DNA of 64,000 bases from the human T2T-CHM13v2.0 reference genome, Homo sapiens (GCF_009914755.1 NC_060927.1); one strand, 5' to 3'. Shown: positions 16,217-29,189, counted from the stretch's first letter. Translations and numbers: made by a program. The notes: generated by a model from the letters alone, not told the origin.

Positions 16217-16458
16217 TGTTTAGTTTCAAGATGTTTATTTTGAAAAATACACTTGTTTATATGTATGCATCTTTATATCTAGTAGCTAGTCAGTATTAAT
16301 TCTTTGTCATATCCTGTAGGTTGACAGTATTTAGTTGATACCAATTCTCTTTTAGACCTCATGCCCAACACTTCTTTTCTTTTTTTTTTATTTCCAACTT
16401 ATATCTTAAGTTCAGGGATACATGTGCAGGATGTGCAGATTTGTTACATGGGTAAACG
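16217..16458 (-). mobile_element. Very short L1PA 3' end plus ~160 bp of 3'-transduced sequence
   Basis: L1 tail at about 16372-16458 and non-L1 DNA at 16217-16371, enclosed by a perfect 15-bp TSD tatcacagagatttt (16202-16216 and 16459-16473). Confidence 0.8.
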
Positions 16459-16813
16459 TATCACAGAGATTTTAAATTCAAATACAAGATAATGCGAATG
16501 TGCACTCTTCTCTCTTTCCTACACAAAGGTTAGCCTACACATGTTGCTGTGAACCTTGCTTTCTTTGTGTAACCATATATCTTGGAGCCATTCCATATCC
16601 GTGCATGGTGTCCACATGTTTCTAGTGACAAAGTAGTACTCCCGTTCTTGAATGTCCGTGAGCTACTTAACCTGTCTTCTTTTGCTGGACACTTGGACCA
16701 TTTCCAACAAACACTGCTGTAACAACCTCATACATACATCATCTTGCACGAGGGAGGGAATATTCATAGGATAAATACCCAGAAGTGACCTTGCTAAGTC
16801 AAAGGGTAAATGC

Positions 16814-17354
16814 AGAAAGGGGTCCCGATCCAGACCCCAAGGGGTTCTTGGATCTTGTACAAGAAAGAATTCAAGGCAAATTCAGAGCAAAGTGAAAGCA
16901 AGTTTATTAAGAAAATAAAGGAATAAAAGAATGACTACTTCATAGGCAGAGCAGCCCCGAGGGCAGCTGATTGCCCATTTTTATGGTTATTTCCTGACTG
17001 TATGCTAAAGAAGGGGTGGGTTATTCATGCCTCCCCCTTTTAGACCATATAGGGCAACTTCCTTTCATTGCCATGGCATTTGTAAATTGTCATGTCACTG
17101 GTGGGAGTGTAGCAGTGAGGATGACCAGAGGTCACTTTGGTTGCCATCTTGGTTTTGGTGGGTTTTAGCTGGCTCCTTTACTGCAATCTGTTTTATCAGC
17201 AAGGTCTTTATGACCTGTATCTTGTATTGACTTCCTATGTCATCCTGTGACTTAGAATGCCTAATGATCTGGGAATGCAGCTCAGCAGGTCTTAGCCTAA
17301 TTTTATGTAGCCCCTATTCAAGATGGCATTGCCCTGGTGCAAATGCTTCTGACA
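16814..17354 (-). mobile_element. MER41A-like ERV1 solo LTR
   Basis: Minus strand starts TGTCAGAAGCATTTGCACCAGGGCAATGCCATCTTGAATAGGGGC and ends GGGGTCTGGATCGGGACCCCTTTC; lacks the MER41B GAS-containing segment. Confidence 0.88.
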
Positions 17355-17536
17355 GTTGTAATTCTGATCATTGGTGTCAAATTGCTCTCTAAAGGAGTTG
17401 TACCAATTTATATTCCCACTAGCAACATATGAATGTACCTGAAGGGAAACTTTTAGATTTTACCAATTCACTATGTGAGAGACGGTATCTTGATATAGTT
17501 TTAATTTGGATTTATTTTATTATGAGGAATAAACAT

Positions 17537-20500
17537 TTTTTTAATGTAATTTCATTTCATTTTACATTCTGGGATACATTTGCAGGACATGCAGGTTTGT
17601 TACATCGGTAAACGTGTGCAATGGTGGTTTGCTGCACCTATCAATCCATCACCTAGGTGTTAAGCCCCACATTCATTAGCTATTTATCCTGATGCTCTCC
17701 CTCCCCCATCCCCCACAACAGGCCCCAGTGTGTGTTTTTCCTCTCCCTGTGTCCATGTGTTCCCATTGTTCAGCTCCCACTTACTAGTGAGAACATGTGG
17801 TGTTTGGTTTTCTGTTCCTGTGTTAGTTTGCTGAGGATAATGGCTTTCTGCTCCATCCATGTCCCTGCAGAGGAGATGATCCCATTCCTTTTTATGGCTG
17901 CATAGTATTCCATGGTGTTTATGTACCACATTTTCTTTATCCAGCCTATCATTAATGGGCATTTGGGTTGATTCTATGTCTCTGCTATGTGAATAGTGCT
18001 GCAACAAGCATATACGTGTTTGTGTCTTTATAATATAGAATTATTCATATTCCTCTGGGTATATACCCATATTGGGATTGGTGGACCAAATGCTATTTCT
18101 GGTTCTAGGTCTTTGAGGAATCACCACACTGTCTTCCACAATGATTAAACTAATTTACATTCCCACCAACAGTGTAAACGCATTCCTATTTCTTCACAGC
18201 CTCACCAGCATCTGTTGTTTCTTGACTTTTTAATAATCACCCTTCTGACTGGCATGAGATGGTATGTCATTGTGGTTTTGATTTACATTTCTCTAATAAT
18301 CAATGATGTTAAGCTTTTTATCATACGTTTTTTGACCATATAAATGTGTTCTTTGGAGACATGTCTGTTCATGTCCTTTGCCTAGTTTTTAATGGGGTTG
18401 TTTGGTTTTTTTTTTCTTGTAAATTTGTTTAACTTCCTTATAGATTCTGGATATTAGACCTTTGTCAGATGGATAGATTGCAAAAATTTTTTCCCATTCT
18501 CTAGGTTGTCTGTTCACTCCGATGACAGTTTCTTTTACTTGCAGAAACTCGAGTTTAATTAGATCCTGTTTGTCAATTTTTGCTTTTGTTGCAATTGCTT
18601 TTGACACTTTCATCATGAAATCTTTGCCCATGCCTGTGGGAACTACAATTCAAGATGAGATCTGGGGGGGACACAGCCAAACCATATCAAATGGGGAAAG
18701 GATTCCCTATTTCATAACTAGTGCTGGGAGAACAGGCTAGCCATATGCAGAAAACTGAAACTAGACACCACTTCCTTATCCCTTATACAAAAATTAACTC
18801 AAGATCGATTAAAGACTTAAATGTAAAACCCCCCAAAATCCTAGAAGAATATCTAGGCAATACCATTCAGGACATAGGCAGGGGAAAGATTTGTCAAAGA
18901 TCAGATGGACGTAGATGTGTAGTCTTATTTCTGAGATCTCTATTCTGTTCCATTGGTCTGTGTCTGTTTTGTACCAGTACCATGCTGTTTTGGTAACTGT
19001 AGCCTTGTAGTATAATTTGAAGTCAAGTAGTATGATGCCTCCAGTTTTGGTCTTTTTGCTTAGGATTGTCTTGGCTATACTGGCTCTTTTTTGGTTCCAT
19101 ATGAATTTCAAAATAGTTTTTCCTAATTCTGTGAAGAATGTTAATGGTAGTTTAATGGGAATAGCATTGAATCTTATAAATTACTTTGGTCAGTATGGCT
19201 GTTTTCATATTGATTTTTCCTATCCATGAGCATGGAATGTTTTCTGTTTGTTAGTGTCGTCTCCTATTTCCTTGAGCAGTGGTTTGTATTTCTTCTTGAA
19301 GAGCTCCTTCACTTCCCTTGTTAGCTGTATTCCTAGGTATTTTATTCTCTTTATAGGAATTGTGAATGGGAGTTCCTTCATGATTTCGTTCTCTGCTTGC
19401 CTATTATTGGTGTATAGAAATGCTTGTGATTTTTGTACATTGATTTTGTATCCTGAGACTTTGCTGAAGTTGCTTATCAGCTTAAGAAGCTTTTGGGCTG
19501 AGATGATGAGGTTTTCTAGATATAGGATTATGTCATCTGAAAAGAGAGACAGTTTGACTTCCTCTCTTCCTATTTGAATACATTTATTTCTTTCTCTTGC
19601 CTGATTGACCTGGCCAGAATTTCCAATAATATGTTGAATAGGAGTGGTGAGAGAGGGCATCCTTGTCTTGTGCTGGTTTTCAAGGGGAATGCTTCCAGTT
19701 TTTACCCATTCAGTATGATATTGGGTATGGGTTTGTCATAAATGGCTCTTATTGTTTTGAGTTATGATCCTTCAATACCTAGTTTATTCAGAGTTTTTAA
19801 CATGAAGGGGTGTTGAATTTTATCGAAAGCCTTTTCTGTGCCTATTGAGATAACATGTGATTTTTGTCTTTAGTTCCATTTATGTGATGAATTACATTTA
19901 TTGATTTGTGTATATTGAACCAGCCTTGCATCCTGGCGATGAAGCTGACTTGATTGTGGTGGATAAGCAGTTTTTTTGTTTATTTGTTTGTCGTATGTGT
20001 GTGTGTGCTGCTGCTGAATTTGGTTTGCCAGTATTTTATTATTTTATTGAGGATTTTTGCATTGATGTTCATCAGGGACATTGACCTGAAGTTTTCCTTT
20101 TTTGTTGTATCTCTGCCAGGTTTTGGTATCAGGATGATGCTGGCCTCATAAAATGAGTTACAGAGAAGTCCATTCTTTTCAACTGTTTGGAATAGTTTCA
20201 GAAGGAATGGTACCAGCTCCTCTTTGTACCTCTGAAAGAATTCAGCTGTAAATCTGTCTGGTCCTGGTCTTTTTTTTTTTTTGGTTGGTAGGCTATATAT
20301 TACTGTCTCCACTTCAGAACTTGTTATTGGTCTATTCAGGGATTCAGCTTCTTCCTGGTTCAGTCTTGGGCGGGTATATGTGTCCAGGAATTTATCCTTT
20401 TCTTCTAGCTTTCCTAGTTTAATTGCATAGGGGTGTTTATAGTATTCTCTGATGGTCGTTTGTATTTCTGAGGGGTCACTGGTGATATCCCCTTTATCAC

Positions 20501-23500
20501 TTTTTATTGTGTCTATTTGACTCTTCTCTCTTTTCTTCTTTGTTAGTCTAGCTAGTGGTCTATTTTGTTAATTTTTTCAAAAAAACCAGCTCCCGGATTC
20601 ATTGACTTTTTTTTAAGGTTTTTTTGTGTCTCTATATCCTTCAGTTCTGCTCTGATCTTGCTTATTTCTTGTCATATGCTAGCTTTGGGGTTTGTTTGCC
20701 CTTGGTTCTTTAGTTCCTTTATTAACAGTTGTGATGTTAGGGTGTCAATTTGCTATCTTTCTAGCTTTTTGATGTGGACATTTAGTGCTATAAATTAACT
20801 CTGCTTTAGCTGTGTCCCAAGAGATTCTGATACGTTGTCTCTTTGTTCTCATTGGTTTCAAAGAACTTCTTGATTTCTGTCTTAATTTCATTATTTACCC
20901 AGGAGTCATTCAGGAGCAGGTTGTTCAACTTCCATCTAGCTGTGTAGTTTTGAGTGAGTTTCTTAATCTTGAATTCTAGTTTGATTGTGCTGTGGTCTGA
21001 AAGACTGTTTGTTATGATATCAGTTCTTTTGCATTTGCTGAAGAGTGTTTTACTTCTAATTATGTGATTGATTTTAGAGTAAGCGCGATGTGCTGCTGAG
21101 AAGAATGTATATCTATTGTTTTGTGGTGGAGAGTTCTGTAGATATATATGAGGTCCACTTAATCCAGAGCTGAGTTCAAGTCCTGAATATCCTTGTTAAT
21201 TTTCTGTCTTGATGATCTGTCTAATATTGACAGTGGGGTCTTACAGTCTCCCACTATTATTGTGTGGGAGTCTAAGCCTCTAAGTCTCTAAGAACTTGTT
21301 TTATGAATCCAGGTGCTCCTGTATTGGGTACATATATATTTAGGAAAGTTAGCTCTTCTTGTTAAATTGATCCCTTTACCTTTATGTAATGCCCTTCTTT
21401 GTCTTTTTTCATCTTTGTTGGTTTAAAGTCTGTTTTATCAGAAAGTACAATTGCAACCCCTGCTTTTTTCTGCTTTCCATTTGCTTGGTGGATTTTCCTC
21501 AATCCCTTTATTTTGAGCCTATGTGTGTTTTTGCATGTGAGATGGGTCTCTTGAATACAGCACACTGATGGATAGAGTCTTAACTCTATCCAGCTTGCCA
21601 TTCTGTGTCTTTTAATTGGGGCATTTAGCCCATTTACATTTAAGATTAATATTACGTATGAATTTCATTCTGTCATCATGTGCTGGCTGTTTATTTTGCA
21701 GACGTGTTGATGTAGTTGCTTCATAGTGTCATTGGTATTTGTACCTCAGTGTGTTTTTGCAGTGGCTGGTAATGGTTTTTCCTTTCCACATTTAGTGCTT
21801 CCTTCAGGAGCTCTTGCAAGGCAGGCCTGGTGGTGATGAATTCCCTCAGCATTTGCTTGTCTGAAAGGGATTTTATTTCTCCTTCACTTATAAAGCTTAG
21901 TTTGGCTAGATATAAAATTCTAGGTTGAACATTCTTTTCTTTAAGAATGTTGAATATTGGCCCCCAAACTCTTCTGGCTTGTAGGGTTTCCACTGAGAGG
22001 TCTGCTGCTAGTCTGATGGGCTTCCCTTTGTAGGTGACCTGGCCTTTTTCTCTGGCTGCCCCTAACATTTTTCCCTTCATTTCGACCTTGGAGAATCTGA
22101 GAATTTTTGTCTTGGGGTTGATCTTCTCATGATGTATCTTACTGGGGTTCTCTGGACTTCCTGAATTTGAATGTTGGCCTGTCTTGTTAGCTTGGGAAGT
22201 TCTCCTGGATGATATCCTGAAGTTAATTTTCCAACTTGGTTCCATTCTTCCTGTCTTCTCATCTCTTTCAGGTACCCCAATCAGTCATACATTCAGTCTT
22301 ATTTACATAATCCCATAGTCCTTGGAGGTTTTGTTCATTCCTTTTTCTTATTTTTTCTCTGATCTTGTCTGCCTTTCTTATTTCAGCAAGATAGTCTTTG
22401 GGCTCTGAAATTCTTTCCTCTGCTTGATCTATGCAGTTATTGATACTTGTGGTTGCATTGTGAAGTTCCTGTGTTGTGTTTTTCAGCTCCATCAGGTAAT
22501 TTATGTTTCTCTCTAAACTCGTTATTCTGGTTAACAGCTCCTGTAATGTTTTATTGTGGTTCTTAGCTTCTTTGCATTGGGTTAGAACATGCTCCTTTAG
22601 CTTAGCAAAGTTCATTATTACTCACTTTCTGAAGCCTACTTCTGTCAATTCATCCATTTGAGCCTCCACCCAGTTCTGTGCCCCTGCTGGAGAGATGTTG
22701 TGATCGTTTGGAGGAAAAGAGGCACTCTGGCTTTTTGAGTTTTCAGCATTTTTTTGTTGATTCTTTTACATTCATCGAAAGTTTCCCCAGCTTCGATCTT
22801 TGAGGCTGCTGATCTTTGGATGGAGTTTTTGTGGGGATTATTTTATTGATGCTGTTGTTGTTGCTTTCTGTTTTTTTTTTACTTTTAAGTCGGGGCCCTC
22901 TTCCCTAGGACTGCTGCGGTTTGCTGGGGGTCCACTCCAGACCCTATTCACCTGGGTCCCTCCTGCACCTGGAGGTGTCACCAGTAGAGACTGCAGAACA
23001 GCAAAGATGGCTGCCTGCTTTTCCCTCTGGGATCTCTGTCCCAGAACAGCACCAACCTGATGATAGCAGGAATGCTCCTGTATAAGGTGTCTGGCCTTCC
23101 CTGTTGGGGGGCTCTCACCCAGTCAGGAGGCACAGGATCTAGGACTTGCTTAATGAAGCACTCTGGCTGCCCCTTGGCAGACAGTGTGCGCTGCACTGGG
23201 GGCAATTCCACTTGTCCAAACTGCCTGGATTCCTCAGAGCCAGCAGGGGGAAAAGCTAAGTTTGCTGATGCATGGAGACTGCAGCTGCTCCTTTCCCCAG
23301 GGGCTCAGTCCCAGGGACATCAGAGTTCTGTCCCTAAAACTCGGGCTGGAGTTGCTGAAACTCCTGCAGGGATGCCCTGCCCAGTGAGGAGGGATGGGTC
23401 AGGGTCTGGCCTAAAGAGGTAGTCTGGCCATGATCTGCCACAGCTACTGAGCTGCACTGTGAGGAATTCCTCCTGGTTCTAAACCACCCAGTATCCCTGG

Positions 23501-24028
23501 GACCGGCAGGGGATAAATGGCAGATTGGAGCTGCAATGATGGCTGCCACCCCTCCCCTGGGGAGCTCAGTTGTCTTAGGCAGCAGGCAGCCACAGTGATG
23601 ATGGCGGCCCCAACCCCCGGGACCTCAGTAGTCTTAGGCAGTCTCCAACCAAGTGGCCACTGAGAATCTGCACAGCTCTGTGCTTGGGACGCAAGGCCCT
23701 GGTGGCTTGGGCTCACGAGGGGGATTCCTGATCTGCAAGTTGCACAGATCTGTGGAAAAAGCATGGTTTCCCAGGCAGGGTAGCATGATCACTCACCACC
23801 TCCCTTGGCTGAGGGTGGGAGCTCCCTTGTCCCATGTGATTCCTAGGTGGACCGTGGCACCACCCTGCTTTTCCTCACTCTTCTTGGCTTGTGCCAACTG
23901 CCTAGTCAGTCGCAATGAGAGAACCTTGATACCTCAGTTATCAGTGCAGAATTCACTCGCCGTTTTCATTCTTCTCAGAGGGAGCTTCCAACCACAGCTG
24001 TTTCTATTCGGCCATCTTGGCCTCTCCC
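17537..24028 (-). mobile_element. Full-length decayed L1 (approximately L1PA8-PA11 age class)
   Basis: 5' end GGCCAAGATGGCCGAATAGAAACAG at about 24020; ORF1 fragments (21721-22615); ORF2 EN (CCIQETHL, 21362-21601) and RT (LFSDD, 19220-19660) fragments; TSD gaataaacat at 17527-17536 and 24030-24039. Confidence 0.95.
18636..18689 (-). mobile_element. 54-bp 5'-terminal fragment of a THE1 MaLR LTR
   Basis: Reverse complement reads TGATATGGTTTGGCTGTGTCCCCCCCAGATCTCATCTTGAATTGTAGTTCCCAC. Confidence 0.88.
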
Positions 24029-24869
24029 TGAATAAACATCTTTTCATACATTTTAAGGGCCATTTATATTTATTTTTTCTATATCTGTTCATTTATTTTG
24101 TTAATTTTTAAAAATTATATATACTTTTTAATTTAAAGAAGCTCTATACACATTAGGGTTATTAATTCTCATTTATAAATAAATAGGATTTTTCCCCAGT
24201 TTGTTCTTTGTTTTTTAAACATATTTCTGGTGAGTTTTTTTTTGGGGGGGGGATCATACAGAGATTTTTGGGTTTTACTTAGTTTATCTTTCATGGCATC
24301 TGAAATTTGAGTCATGGGAAGACCTTTCTTGTTCAAGTCTTATAACCTATTTAATGTTCTTTCAGTAATTATATGGTTTCATTTTTTTATACTTAAATAT
24401 TTGATCCATTTAAAATTTATACCAGTAGACAATGTGAGAGATTAAACTTATTTTTTTCCAGTTAGTTACACAATTATATCAATACCTATTACTGAGAAGT
24501 CCATATTTTTAGGGTCTTTAAATCTGAACTTTAAATGTTGGGCTAAATGTAGTAGAGTTTCATTATTTTCTAAGTTAAAATTCATAAAAGAAAGGGGTTA
24601 GGTACCTATTGGTTTGTACACAATCCACTTAAAGACAAGAATGAAAAATTTAATTTTGCTCTTGAGATCCTGTCTTTAAATAAATAGACTGGAATTGGTA
24701 TAGAAAGTTATGCAAGAAAAATGTTAGATCATGTTAAAGGAATATTGCTGTGGCTTTTTATTATTTTCCTTTTACAGATTTAAGGCAAGTGATTAGCAAA
24801 GATTATACACGGGACTCAAAGGAAAATAGTGTACTTAATTATAAGTGAATGAACAACCTAAAATGTAAT

Positions 24870-25020
24870 TTGATACAATTCTGGCTCAATGACATTTCCA
24901 GACCCCAACTTTAATTTAATTTATCAAAATATTAGGAGCTGGGACTAGGATATCTATTTTTATGACAAGTTCCCAGATGATCGTAATAAAGGGGGCCCAC
25001 ATATCTAGGAACCTCTGACT
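24870..25020. mobile_element. MER5-like DNA transposon fragment
   Basis: ggagctgggactaggatatctatttttatgacaagttcccagatgat...aggaacctctg. Confidence 0.55.
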
Positions 25021-25164
25021 TCTGGCCTGAAAAAAGAAAGGTCAGAAGCCAAGTTTAGAACTACAGAGCTAGAAGAAATGTGAAAACATGATCCAGCCCA
25101 ACCCATTGTCTTTATTCTAATTAAAGGATACAAATATGTCTAGTATCCAAAAGTCTCAGTAATC

Positions 25165-25595
25165 CACAAATGCCATCACAAGCTCAATTTCAAACTCATG
25201 AGCCCAACAAGCTTAAAATACCAGCAATTATTCGCTCAGATTTCTTCAATTTGGGCAGACCTTGGTGGGAAAGACTCATTTTTGTTCCACATGGTATTGA
25301 TTGGGAACATTCATGCAACTCCTATTGGGATTAGAAAGCCCAAGCTGGCTTCTCTCCATGTGGCTTCATCATTCAACAGTCCAGCCCAATCTTCTTCCAC
25401 GGTGGCTGGATACCAAGAGCAAGTACTGCAAGAAGGAGTAAAGAAAAGCTGATGGTCCTCTCAAGAGCTTGGACTGGAACTGGCAAGGCGTCACTTCCAC
25501 CATATTCTATTAGTTAAAACAAATCATAAGACCAGCCCAGATTCAAGAGAAGGAGAAAGAACCTCCACCTCTCAAAAACTCTGTGGCCATCATAA
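25165..25595 (-). mobile_element. Old MLT1-type MaLR LTR
   Basis: ggaactggcaaggcgtcacttccaccatattctattagttaaaacaaatcataagaccagcccagattcaag. Confidence 0.7.
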
Positions 25596-26119
25596 CTTAT
25601 TAATGGCCTTCCTTTAAAGTTGGGCCACTCCCCCCTTCTTTAAACACCAGCCTCCATACACTATATTCTCTCAGGACAAGCCTACTATGATTTCTTGATG
25701 GACCTAAACTTGCAAAACAAAGATTTCCAGACCTTGAAAGACAAAAACCTGCTAACACAATCTACCTGCCTTCCTCTAAGCAAGGAAGTCTGCAATTCTG
25801 GACAGAGGCTTCTTATGAGAGAGAAGTTTCCTTTTGGAAATGAAAAAACAGCAGCAAAAAGTCAAGAAATTTATTATTTCAGTAACTTCCCCAGTTATGG
25901 TCATATTCGTTTTTAAATATAGTCTCCTTCAAATTCTCTTTTGTAATTTGGTATAGATACAGGAAAACAAAACCTAATGATGTTTATAAAGTCATATTTT
26001 GATAGTTTCAACCTCATTGATATTCAAACAGACTCTATCATACCTTTTAAAAGCAGCGTAAAAATAATTGAGTTGGCCCTTAACTCCTCCCCTCCTTAGT
26101 GTTTAAGAAAAATGTATGG

Positions 26120-27165
26120 GTAGTCATTAGTACAGAAATTTAGCTCAAAATAGCTCAAGCAAAAAGGAAACTTCTTGGTTCCTAAGTCTGGGAAATTAGG
26201 GTTAGGTCTGATTTCAAGTGTGGCTGGATATAGGTGTTTAAACATTGCCATCACAGCCCTTCATTTCCATTCTCTTGGCTATAGTTGTCAATCAGCTGGC
26301 TTCATTCCCTCCTGCATGACAGGAGCTTCCTCTATGTAACTGGAAAGATAGTTGCCAGCAGCCTAACATCATTTTCTTCAAGCTCAGCCACTCCCAGGAA
26401 AAAATAACTTCTCTTCCCACCCTAATAACACTCCCAGGGAAGTCTTTAATTTTACTATTTAGGTGACATGTTCACCTTTGGAGGGTAGTGTAGTAGAGAG
26501 AATAGTGACTCCCTGAAGATGTCCACATTCTAATCTCTACAACCTATGAATTTGTTAGTTTACACAGCAAAAGGGACTTTGCAGATGTGATTAAATTAAA
26601 GACCTTGAGATGGGAAGATTATCCTGGATTATCTAGGTGGATCCAATATAATCACAAGGGTCCTTATGAGAAAAATGCAGGAGACATCAAAAAGAGTAGG
26701 TGACATGATAATGGATATAGAGACAGAGATTTTGTAGTGATGTACTTTGAAGATGAAAGAATGAGGCCCAAGCCAAGGATACAGATGGTCTGTAGAGGCA
26801 GGAAAAGCCAAGGAAACAGATTCTCTGCTACAGCCTCCAGAAGAGACCAGCTGACACCTAGAGTTTAGCCCAGTAAAGCTGATTTTAGACTCCAGCCTCT
26901 AGAACTATAAAAGAATACATTTGTATTTTCTTAAGCCACTAAGTTTGTGGTGATTTGTTACCGCAACATAAAAAGTAATCAAGGGGTTTCCTGCTTTGGG
27001 CTCAGTTTAGTTTTCAAGCTTTGATCTCTAGTCAAGGAAGAGGGTAGAGTTGGCCGGGGATGGTGGAAGTGGGAATACATGATTGATGGTATAGCCAAGA
27101 CCCAGAAATTCAGGCCACATAAAATCTCCCCACAGTGAAATTCCTTTGTCATAAGAGGAAATAGA
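26120..27165 (-). mobile_element. Old MLT1 (J/K/L-like) LTR interrupted by MLT1D
   Basis: MLT1-like text (ttcaagtgtggctggatataggtgtttaaacattgccatc) flanking the MLT1D. Confidence 0.5.
26489..26981 (+). mobile_element. MLT1D-like MaLR solo LTR
   Basis: aaaagggactttgcagatgtgattaaattaaagaccttgagatgggaagattatcctggattatc; ttaagccactaagtttgtggtgatttgttac. Confidence 0.88.
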
Positions 27166-27993
27166 TAGGAAAGAAGTCTTAATAAATAAAATTAACAAGG
27201 AAACAACTCCACAAACAATAATTACTGTAGTCTAATGCTACTCAAAAGTAAAAATGCTGAATCAGGTGGAAGAGAAGAAGTAAGCAAGGAAAGGACATTA
27301 GAGCTTACAACTGGGCTGAATAGTCAATAATTCATAGCTGCAACGGCAAATGTTTTCCAGCTCTAATGTCCTGAAAGACAGAGAATTGTGAAGATAAGCA
27401 CATGTCTTAGAAACAGTAATATCTAGACTCAAATCTACTGCTAAGAGCTGGTACTTTTATCATGGTTTTCGACAACAAAGTGAAAGGGCTGGTTCTTCAT
27501 AAACTCTTCCACAAAGAATCCCTAGTGTCATAGAAGAGAAGTGAATGAATGGACACAGAGAATCTGGGAGCTTCACAAGGAACCCTATGCCCGTGAAAAT
27601 TTTCTTCATTTAAAATTCAGACAATTTGTTCTAATATAAAAATAATATATTAAAGTCCTGTAAGTTAAATTACTTTTTTCTGTTCTCAAATATTTGAGTT
27701 AATTGATGCTCCAGAAAGGTTTACCAGCTTTACTCTAGCTTCAGATATTCTGATTTCTATGACTTATGTGGCATGCATACCCCAATTATGGTACTAGGAT
27801 CAGGTCCCTGCTAGACTTCCAATTCTGAGACAATCATCATAGGTCTGCTGTCTCCATTGTCACTCACCTGGCACATGAGATGGGAGAAGCATTATCAGCA
27901 ACAGTAAGAGCTTAATTGGGTTGATGAAGAAGCTGCTGCCAGGCTTCCATCAGAAGATACTTCAGAGCAACACAAAGGAAGGGTTGAAGGTTT

Positions 27994-28749
27994 TGTGGTT
28001 TTAAAATATGCCTGCAGCTTCTTCAACACTCCTCCCATTAAGTTCTAGTGTTCTATAGCACTGGAGGATAACTATAGTTAACATATATTTTATATAGTTT
28101 CAAATAGAGAGATGGAGGATATTGAATGTTACCAACACAAAGAAATGATAAATGTTTGAGGTGATGGAAATGCTAATTACCCTGATATGATCACTGCACA
28201 TTGTATGTATCAAAACATCTCTATGTACCCCACAAATATGTATAATTATTATGTACCAATTAAAAAAACAAAATGGAAAAAAGTAGATTCTATGTCTCCT
28301 TCCACCAAAACAGGGCAAGTCTTTATAAGAAATTATAGAACTTCTGAAGCTAAGTTAGAAAAGGCAATACAGCTTCCACCTGGCTCTCTCCTTCTTGGAA
28401 TGCTTGCCTTTGGTACCCAGCTGCCATAGTGTGAGGAAATCCAAGCCACATGGAGAGGTAGCATATAATGTTCTAGCTAATGCCCCCCACTAAGATTTCT
28501 GCTAATAGCCAGCATTCACTGCCAGATATGTAAGTGAGGAAGCCTTTGAGAGGATTCCAGTAGCAGTAATTGTTGAGAAAGCCTTTGAGATGACTCCAGA
28601 CCCAGTCACTGCCTGATTGCACCCACAGAGAGACCTTGAGCAAGAACAGCCTAACTTAGTCCAGTCAGCTTACAGAACCAAGAGAGGTAATAATAAATTG
28701 TTGTTGTTTTACACCACTAAGTTTATGCAGCAATAGATGTCCAAAACAA
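27994..28749 (+). mobile_element. MLT1F/G/H-type LTR split by an L1MA fragment
   Basis: Starts tgtggttttaaaatatgcc, contains cccagctgccatagtgtgaggaaatccaagccacatggagagg, ends gcagcaatagatgtccaaaaca. Confidence 0.75.
28041..28275 (+). mobile_element. L1MA-type 3' end fragment
   Basis: caacacaaagaaatgataaatgtttgaggtgatggaaatgctaattaccctgatatgatc; A-rich tail. Confidence 0.85.
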
Positions 28750-29189
28750 GGGTAATATCTGTAGGACTGAATCCCTGGATAGGGAAAAGGATGCAATATG
28801 CAGCTCAGGTAACATAATCTTCACATGTCTGGGGCCCAGATTTTACCACAGTACCTCTGATGCCACGTTCCATGTTGGATTGCAATGTGTCTGTTTACTT
28901 CTCCAACCCCTGTCTGGAAGATGGTAGATATGTTATAAATGTACAGGGGAAAGGGAGTGGGAAGATGGAAGAGGCTGGGATCTGACCCCAAATCATGAGA
29001 ACAACAATCCCAGTAATCTGCTAAAATCTTTTATAGTTGAATTTGATGAACAGCTCCAAGTAGCGCAATGTGGCCTGGAGGTGCTGGTGGTAATGCCACC
29101 AACACCATCACTTACCAATAGAATGGCCATGTTACTTCATATCCCAAGGGACATTTCTCACATTGGGATATAGGAAACAATCTATGGGA

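Larger units (their letters stand above)
16100..17530 (-). mobile_element. Ancient L1ME-like 3' region (continues at about 24030-24510)
   Basis: ataggataaatacccagaagtgaccttgctaagtcaaagggtaaatgc; aaaggagttgtaccaatttatattcccactagcaac. Split by later insertions. Confidence 0.7.

Noticed and set aside
22800-24111. Cluster of overlapping GC-rich ORFs (also 37463-38880)
   Set aside because: They lie in L1 5'UTRs, where higher GC content lengthens chance ORFs; no recognisable domains.
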